Shown piece by piece: positions 57,473 to 64,000 of a stretch of DNA of 64,000 nucleotides (within the stretch, counting starts at the first letter, position 1; each line of letters begins with the position of its first letter). The translations under genes were made by a program, and so were the position numbers. The notes below the pieces were generated by a model. The model did no database searches and was not told the DNA's origin. It saw only the letters and a program-made list of their open reading frames with translations. Source of the DNA: Candidatus Levybacteria bacterium RIFCSPLOWO2_02_FULL_37_18 (lineage in GTDB: Bacteria; Patescibacteriota; Microgenomatia; Levybacterales; UBA12049); NCBI GenBank assembly GCA_001784115.1, contig MFPD01000005.1, positions 7,074-71,073 on the forward strand. The letters run 5' to 3'.

Positions 57473-59818
57473 TTATTCTACGGGAGTAGATGTTGGGGTA
57501 GGGGAAGGAGTTGATGTTGGAATATTTGTTGGGGCAGGAGTGGGAGTGTCAGAAACAACTCGAGTAGATTTTTCGGTTGGTGGATGATATAAAGGATCGT
57601 CTTTATAGGTTTCATTAACCCATTTATCAATTCCTTCCTGCCATCTGTTTTTTCCATCTCCGGAAACAGGATCATCTTCGTGTAAAACGATAAACTTTTT
57701 TGTTTCATATTCGTTTTTTGCTATTTCGCTGTCGCTTGCCAATTTTTTTGAATCTGCTTTAGAAATTTTAAGCGTTTTATAAATTTCTGACTGTCCCTGG
57801 GGTTGAGTTCCTTTTATAAAATATTCTGCTCTCGTTGGTTTTCCTTCAACCGGAAGACCTCCTCCTAATGAATCTATCGTTACTGCTTCAACGTTTTCTG
57901 GTGGTTCAAAATCACCGCTTGGATGAGTTTTAAGCGCTTCTAAAATAATTCTTCGCCAAATTGGGGCCGCGCCTGTTACACCAGAGGCGACATTTCCCAT
58001 AGGACTATTGTCATTATTACCAACCCAGGTTGTCACCAAAACACTTGGCGTCCAACCGATTGTCCAGTTGTCCCGCTTGTCATCTGTTGTGCCGGTTTTA
58101 ACAGCAATAGTTCTTCCTCTAACATGTAAATAGCTGTTTTCCCCAAAGGTTATAAGTCTGGCATTATTATCCGAAAGTATATGGGAAATAATAAAGGCAA
58201 CTTCAGGACTTATCACCCGTTTTGGAGCTGTTTTTTTATACTCGTATAATACTTTTCCTTTTCTATCCGTAACCTTTAAGATTGTAATTGGATCAACTTT
58301 GTATCCACCATTAGCAAACGCGCTGTATGCTCCTGCGATTTCAATAATTCTGACTTCTCCTCCTCCCAAAGTAATGGACAACCCAAACCGTTTTATATTC
58401 TCATTGGTTGGAGCAAGTGTTAATATTCCCATACTATTTGCCGTGGTTAACATATTTTTTACCCCAACCAAAGACAGCATTTTTACCGCTGGAACATTTA
58501 AAGACGAGCCTAACGTAAACCGCATTTGTACAGGACCGTGATATTTTCTGTCGTAATTTTCCGGCTCGTAGTCTTTTTCTTGCCCTGGGTTAGGAAATAC
58601 GGTTTTTGTATCCAAAAAAAGTGTTGACGCAGTATATCCTTTTTCCAGAGCTGTTGCGTACGTAATTGGTTTTATGGCCGAGCCGGGTTGCCTAAGACCA
58701 TCAACTACAACATTAAACTGCCCGCTGAATTTTTCATCTTTTTTCTCATTTTCTTCCATGCCTTCAAAAAAGTTTTTGCTGCCAACCATTGCCAATACTT
58801 CACCTGTTTTAGGATCAACTGCTATACTTGCACCATTGCCGACTTTTAAAGATTTTGCTGATTCGACTTCTTCTTTGACAATTTTTTCCGCTTGTTCTTG
58901 TAATTTGTAATCCAAGGTTGTGGTAACCTGTAATCCGCCGCTTTCGACAACATTTTCGCCAAATTGTTTAATCAATAAATCTTTAACATAAAAAGAAAAA
59001 TGCGGTGCTTTTATAGATGAATCGTTGGATTGAAATTGAATGGAAGGAAGCGCTTTTACACTGTCCAGCTCTTGCTTACGAGTAATATATCCGTCTTCTC
59101 TCATGCGGCGCAATACATCCGTAGTCCTCGCAATATATGCTTTTGGATACTTGCCATTTGGGGAATAATACGAAGGCCGTTGGGGAAATCCTGCTAAAAC
59201 CGCAGACTCAACCAAATTTAGTTCTTTAGCTTTTTTACCAAAATACCGCTGCGACGCAGCTTCTACACCAACCGCAGTTCCACCATAAGGAGCAACGTTT
59301 AAATAGAGCTCCAATATCTGGTCTTTAGAATATTTTTTTTCTACTTCAATCGATAGAATAAATTCCTTAATTTTTCGAGGCAATGTCCTTTCGGAAGAAA
59401 GCAAGGCATTTTTTACTAATTGTTGAGTTAGAGTAGAACCCCCGGTTACACCCCGAAAAAGAAGAGTATCTTTTATTACCCGCAAATACCCCAAGACAGA
59501 AAAACCTTGGTTTGTGTAAAAATCTTTGTTTTCTATGGCAATGGTTGCTTGTTGAAAAATTTTGGGAATACCCGAAAGAGAAACGTACGTCCTGTCTTGC
59601 TCTTTAAACACGTCGTACAAAACTACTCCATTTCTGTCTAAAATCTTTGTGGACTCAGATAAGTTGCTTGCGGATAATTTTCCCGGAGTCGGTAAATCTC
59701 TTGAATACCACAGGAATAATAAAAATGTAATAACGACAAATGTTATAAGGCCATAAAACGAAAAGGTAACCAACGTATGAACAAAAAAAATATTACTTCT
59801 TCTTTGCCGTCGCCTCAT
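57473..59818 (-). CDS. Class A (bifunctional) penicillin-binding protein
   Basis: GGSTLTQQLVKN, RKIKE, YLN..PYG; transpeptidase RQPGSAIKP, SLN, KTGT. Confidence 0.95.
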   Translation of the reverse strand: MRRRQRRSNIFFVHTLVTFSFYGLITFVVITFLLFLWYSRDLPTPGKLSASNLSESTKILDRNGVVLYDVFKEQDRTYVSLSGIPKIFQQATIAIENKDFYTNQGFSVLGYLRVIKDTLLFRGVTGGSTLTQQLVKNALLSSERTLPRKIKEFILSIEVEKKYSKDQILELYLNVAPYGGTAVGVEAASQRYFGKKAKELNLVESAVLAGFPQRPSYYSPNGKYPKAYIARTTDVLRRMREDGYITRKQELDSVKALPSIQFQSNDSSIKAPHFSFYVKDLLIKQFGENVVESGGLQVTTTLDYKLQEQAEKIVKEEVESAKSLKVGNGASIAVDPKTGEVLAMVGSKNFFEGMEENEKKDEKFSGQFNVVVDGLRQPGSAIKPITYATALEKGYTASTLFLDTKTVFPNPGQEKDYEPENYDRKYHGPVQMRFTLGSSLNVPAVKMLSLVGVKNMLTTANSMGILTLAPTNENIKRFGLSITLGGGEVRIIEIAGAYSAFANGGYKVDPITILKVTDRKGKVLYEYKKTAPKRVISPEVAFIISHILSDNNARLITFGENSYLHVRGRTIAVKTGTTDDKRDNWTIGWTPSVLVTTWVGNNDNSPMGNVASGVTGAAPIWRRIILEALKTHPSGDFEPPENVEAVTIDSLGGGLPVEGKPTRAEYFIKGTQPQGQSEIYKTLKISKADSKKLASDSEIAKNEYETKKFIVLHEDDPVSGDGKNRWQEGIDKWVNETYKDDPLYHPPTEKSTRVVSDTPTPAPTNIPTSTPSPTPTSTPVE

Positions 59819-59863
59819 TATTTAATTATAATCGCTCCTTAGAAAATATGCTATACTTTGAGC

Positions 59864-61045
59864 ATGGATAAGATTGAAGAATTATTAACAAGAGGTGTGG
59901 ATAGTATTTATCCTACCAAAGAAGAACTGGAAAAAGTCTTGCGTTCTGGAAAGAAGTTAAAACTGTATCAAGGTTTTGATCCAACCGGAACAAATCTTCA
60001 TATAGGACACATGGTGGGTTTTAGGAAACTACGAGCATGGCAGGATTTGGGTCACCATGTTATTTTTTTAATTGGCGATGGCACAGGCCAGGCAGGAGAC
60101 CCGTCTGGCAAAACAAAGGCTCGCGAAAAATTCTTTACCCGAGAAGAACTAAGAGCAAACGCTGTTGACTATGTAAAACAAGCCGGCAAAATAGTGCGAT
60201 TCGAAGGGGAAAATCCTGTCGAAATTTTGTTCAACGGTGATTGGCTAAACGAACTAAAACTGGTTGAAATTTTAAATATTATGGATCATGTATCGTTCCA
60301 ACAAATATTGGAACGGGATTTATTTCAGGAAAGATTAAAACTGGGCGAAGAAATCAAATATCGAGAATTTTTTTATCCGCTGCTTCAAGGGTATGATTCG
60401 GTAGCTATGGAGGTTGATCTTGAACTTGGAGGTTCCGATCAAACATTCAACATGTTAGTAGGAAGAAAGCTGGTCAAAGAAATGTTAAAAAAAGAGAAAT
60501 TTGTGATGACAACTCCACTTCTTACCGATTCAGAAGGAAGAAAGATTGGAAAAACAGAAGGCAATGTAATAGCTCTTACCGATAATCCAAATGATTTGTA
60601 CGGGAAAATCATGGGATTGCCAGATGACGTCATTATAAAAGGATCCGAATATCTTACCGATGTTTCCATTGATCAAATCAGGAAATTCAAACAACAAGAC
60701 CCACTGAATGCTAAAAAACAATTGGCATTTGAGATTGTTAAACAACTACATAGTCAAAAAGATGCTCAAGAAGCAGAAGAACAGTTTGAAAAAACAGTTC
60801 AAAAACACGAAATTCCGCAGGATGTTCCGGAAGTAGAACTAAAAAAAGAAACTCCTGTAAATGAAGACTTACTTGTTACATTGGGCTTTGCAACGTCAAA
60901 ATCAGAAGCTAGAAGACTTTTTGAACAAGGTGGAGTAGAAATAGATGGAGAAAGAATGAGTGAGCCTCCAAATAATCCCGTTAAAGAAGGAATGATTCTT
61001 AAAGTTGGCAAGCGAAAATTTGCAAAAATAAAGATTAAAGGTTAA
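59864..61045 (+). CDS. tyrS: Tyrosine--tRNA ligase
   Basis: GFDPTG..LHIGH, YPLLQGYD, GGSDQ.FN, KIGKT, C-terminal S4 domain. Confidence 0.97.
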   Translation: MDKIEELLTRGVDSIYPTKEELEKVLRSGKKLKLYQGFDPTGTNLHIGHMVGFRKLRAWQDLGHHVIFLIGDGTGQAGDPSGKTKAREKFFTREELRANAVDYVKQAGKIVRFEGENPVEILFNGDWLNELKLVEILNIMDHVSFQQILERDLFQERLKLGEEIKYREFFYPLLQGYDSVAMEVDLELGGSDQTFNMLVGRKLVKEMLKKEKFVMTTPLLTDSEGRKIGKTEGNVIALTDNPNDLYGKIMGLPDDVIIKGSEYLTDVSIDQIRKFKQQDPLNAKKQLAFEIVKQLHSQKDAQEAEEQFEKTVQKHEIPQDVPEVELKKETPVNEDLLVTLGFATSKSEARRLFEQGGVEIDGERMSEPPNNPVKEGMILKVGKRKFAKIKIKG

Positions 61046-61094
61046 AATACTGCCGCATGGTGTTGTGTCATCCTGAACTTGATTCAGAACGACA

Positions 61095-62747
61095 ATGAAT
61101 ATGCGAACAAAAATTCAAAAGTATGCTTTAATTAGTGTCTTTGATAAAAAAGGTATTGCAATTTTGGCAAAAAAACTTCATGAACTTGGGTACAAAATTA
61201 TTTCAACCGGTGGCACTGCAAAATACCTTACTCAAAATCGAATACCAAATATACCCGTTAGCACCGTCACTCATAAACCCGAATGCTTTGACGGTAGGAT
61301 TAAAACAATCAGCTTTGAAATTGAAGGTGGAATATTATTCGACCGGACAAATCCCGATCACGTTGACCAAGCAAAAAAGTTTAAAATCAAACCAATTGAT
61401 ATTGTTGTATGCAATTTATATCCTTTCGAACAAACTTCTGCAAAGCAGAATACAACACTTGAGGAGGTTGTGGAGCACATTGATGTTGGCGGTCCAACGA
61501 TAATCCGAGCAGCAGCGAAAAACTATAAAAACGTGTTGATTGTGGTGGATCAGAATGATTATGATAGCGTGGAAACGTACCTCGAGAGTCGTCATTCTGG
61601 CAAGGTCGCTTCAACGACCGCATCCAGAATCTTCCAAGGCAATGAGAGATCCTGGACAGAGAGTTCAGCTCTCACAAGCCAGGATGACGAAGGATTTAGA
61701 AAACCATTAGCTGCCAAAGCGTTTGCCCATTTATCGGTTTATGATTCCCAAATAGCCTCGTTTTTATCAGCTGAGCTATTCCCCAAAGAAATTACTATTC
61801 CCGGCAGACTCCAAACTCACCTTCGCTACGGAGAAAACCCGCATCAGCAAGCAAGCTTATATGTGATCCCAAACCAAACCTCAATATTAAAAAACTTAGA
61901 GCAACTTTCAGGAAGAAAATTATCTGCAACAAATGTGGAAGACATAAATGCCGGAATTGAATCAGTCAGATTTTTTAAAAAACCCTGTGCTGTTGTGATA
62001 AAACATAATAATCCCTGCGGAATCTCTCTTGGCGAGACGTCAAAACAGGCACTTCAAAGATCCATACTTGCAGATGCAGAGTCAGCATTTGGAGGCGTAA
62101 TTGTGTTAAATAAACCGCTTGATGTTGGGGCCGCAAAAGTTATTGCAGATTTTAAAGACGAAAAAAGAAGTAATATAGACATTGTTGCCTCTCCTTCAAT
62201 TGAAAAAAGAGCCTTGGAATTATTAAAAACTGTAAGAAAATCAATGGGCGTATACGAATTTGGTGATATACAAAAAATCAACCCCCTGCAAATAAAAGCG
62301 CTCGATGGAACTTTTATTCTCCAAACTACCGATGCAGTCGACGAACAAAGTTTTAACTCCTGGAAAGTTGTCACCACAACAAAACCAACCAAAATACAAC
62401 TGGAACAAGCCAAACTTGCTTGGAGATTTATCTCTCGTATTCGATCAAACGCAATCGTGATAGTTGACAAATCCCTGCCAATGACAAGGGGAATCGGCAC
62501 GGGTCAAACCTCACGGATTAGATCGGTAAAAATCGCCCTTGAGCAAGCAGGCGGGTATGCCAAAGATGCAATTTTAGCAAGTGATAGTTTTTTCCCTTTT
62601 GATGACGTAATTAAACTCGCTTCCGAGTACAAAATAGGTACAATTATCCAGCAAGGCGGATCTATCAACGACAAAGCTTCAATTGATGCTTGTAACAAAA
62701 CCTGTATTCCCATGATTTTTACCCATAGACGTGCTTTCTGGCACTAA
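61095..62747 (+). CDS. purH: Bifunctional AICAR transformylase/IMP cyclohydrolase, with palindrome insertion
   Basis: ALISVFDK.G, STGGT, IDVGGPT..RAAAKN, LRYGENPHQ, KHNNPCG, ASDSFFPF, QQGGS..D. Confidence 0.96.
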   Translation: MNMRTKIQKYALISVFDKKGIAILAKKLHELGYKIISTGGTAKYLTQNRIPNIPVSTVTHKPECFDGRIKTISFEIEGGILFDRTNPDHVDQAKKFKIKPIDIVVCNLYPFEQTSAKQNTTLEEVVEHIDVGGPTIIRAAAKNYKNVLIVVDQNDYDSVETYLESRHSGKVASTTASRIFQGNERSWTESSALTSQDDEGFRKPLAAKAFAHLSVYDSQIASFLSAELFPKEITIPGRLQTHLRYGENPHQQASLYVIPNQTSILKNLEQLSGRKLSATNVEDINAGIESVRFFKKPCAVVIKHNNPCGISLGETSKQALQRSILADAESAFGGVIVLNKPLDVGAAKVIADFKDEKRSNIDIVASPSIEKRALELLKTVRKSMGVYEFGDIQKINPLQIKALDGTFILQTTDAVDEQSFNSWKVVTTTKPTKIQLEQAKLAWRFISRIRSNAIVIVDKSLPMTRGIGTGQTSRIRSVKIALEQAGGYAKDAILASDSFFPFDDVIKLASEYKIGTIIQQGGSINDKASIDACNKTCIPMIFTHRRAFWH

Positions 62748-62893
62748 AAAGTTAAAAATTCAAAATTCAAAATTACAGTTTAAAATAATGTCATGCTGAA
62801 CTGGATTCAGCATCTAGGACACTGAAACAAGTTCGGGGTGACCTTTGGTCAATTTTTCACTTTTAACTTTGAACTTTTAATTTGATACTCACC

Positions 62894-64000
62894 ATGAGAA
62901 TTAAAAAGCAAAATACAGTTCTTGTAGTTGACGGAGGGGGAAGAGGAGCAGCTTTGGTTGATGCGTACGCAAAAAGTAAGCATGTTTCCCTGCTTTTGGC
63001 TATTCCGGGAAATGACCTCATGCGAATAAATACAAAAAAACCTGTCAAGATTTTTACTCATCTCAAAACCACAAGTATTAAAAAAATTTTAGAAATTTGT
63101 AAAAAGGAACATGTAGATTTAGTTGACGTTGCACAAGATAATGCTGTGGAGTCGGGATTAGTTGATGAACTTGAAAAAATTGAAATTTCCGCTTTTGGAC
63201 CCACCAGGCTTGCAGGACAGATTGAATGGGATAAAGCCTGGGCAAGAAAATTCATGAAGACTTATAATCTCCCAACCCCATCATATAAAATTTTTAAAAG
63301 CCGGCAGGACGGAATTGACTTTGTTAAAAAGCAAAAAGATCAAAAATGGTTTGTGAAAGCGTATGGACTCGTAGAAGGAAAAGGAGCGCTTCCGGCCGAA
63401 AACAACCAACAAGCTATAGAAAGAATCAAAGAAATGAAACGATTTGGAAAAGCCGGAGAAGTATTTCTACTTGAGCAGTGGCTTGTCGGAGAGGAATTTT
63501 CCTCATTTATCCTTGCGGACGGTAAAAGCTTTCAGCTTATAGGATCTGCTCAGGATCATAAACGTGTATTTGACGGGGATTTGGGAAAAAACACCGGAGG
63601 CATGGGTTGTTCGACACCTCCTCTTGTCTTAACAGCAAAAATCCTAAAACAAGTTGAAAACATTTTTAAAAAAACGCTCATTGGCCTTCAAAAGGAAGAA
63701 AGGATATACAAAGGAATTCTTTACCTGGGAGGAATTATAGTCAAAGGAAATGTGTATATTATTGAATTTAACGCGCGCTGGGGAGATCCGGAAGCAGAAG
63801 TTATTATCCCGGGTATTAAAAATGATCTGTTTGAGATATCAACTGCTGTGATTAACGGTACGCTAAACACAATTAAAGTCGACTTTGATAACAAAGCCAG
63901 AATTGCTGTTGCCGGTGCGTCAAAAGGATACCCGGAAGACTACTCAGCTGTCAAAGGAAAAGAAATAATAGGTTTGGAAAAGGCTCAAAAAATTCCGGAA
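62894..64000 (+). CDS. purD: Phosphoribosylamine--glycine ligase (runs off window end)
   Basis: VLVVDGGGRG.AL, FGPT..AG.IEWDK, QDHKR.FDGD.G.NTGGMG, IEFNARWGDPE. Confidence 0.93.
   Translation, partial: MRIKKQNTVLVVDGGGRGAALVDAYAKSKHVSLLLAIPGNDLMRINTKKPVKIFTHLKTTSIKKILEICKKEHVDLVDVAQDNAVESGLVDELEKIEISAFGPTRLAGQIEWDKAWARKFMKTYNLPTPSYKIFKSRQDGIDFVKKQKDQKWFVKAYGLVEGKGALPAENNQQAIERIKEMKRFGKAGEVFLLEQWLVGEEFSSFILADGKSFQLIGSAQDHKRVFDGDLGKNTGGMGCSTPPLVLTAKILKQVENIFKKTLIGLQKEERIYKGILYLGGIIVKGNVYIIEFNARWGDPEAEVIIPGIKNDLFEISTAVINGTLNTIKVDFDNKARIAVAGASKGYPEDYSAVKGKEIIGLEKAQKIPE

Overview
AT-rich bacterial chromosomal window whose gene content suggests Patescibacteria/CPR, Microgenomates-like (inference from split ComEC, short PheT/ThrS, giant surface proteins and apparently leaderless genes). 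Housekeeping genes: rho, leuS, argS, ndk, thrS-infC-rpmI-rplT-pheS-pheT, a class A PBP, tyrS, purH, partial purD, comEA/comEC and four tRNAs (Ala-CGC, Ala-GGC, Phe-GAA, Val-GAC). The most unusual region is a co-oriented ~20 kb surface locus (9364-29606, minus strand). It encodes two giant membrane-anchored, tail-fibre-like proteins whose predicted cytoplasmic N-termini are DNA-binding modules: a MerR/excisionase-type HTH followed by a G10 slippage tract, and two non-catalytic tyrosine-recombinase core-binding domains. A DUF2341/LamG giant and two WxL/DUF916-like proteins complete the locus. The window is also invaded by two repeat classes. About 25 (T/C)GTCAT...ATGAC(A/G) palindromes (counted by eye) include copies flanking a small GIY-YIG nuclease, and 7-9-nt periodic arrays flank a four-helix-bundle gene. 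Both classes occur in-frame inside proteins, including LeuRS and ArgRS (palindromes also in PurH, arrays also in ThrRS), and one array spells a -35/-10 promoter for argS. Also present are a RAYT transposase carrying a palindrome in its own ORF, a ~145-bp repeat with compensatory base changes, IS4 and ISNCY/IS1202-like relics, a broken AbiE-like TA module and a frameshifted sigma-28-like gene. All domain calls are by-eye motif recognition; no searches were run.
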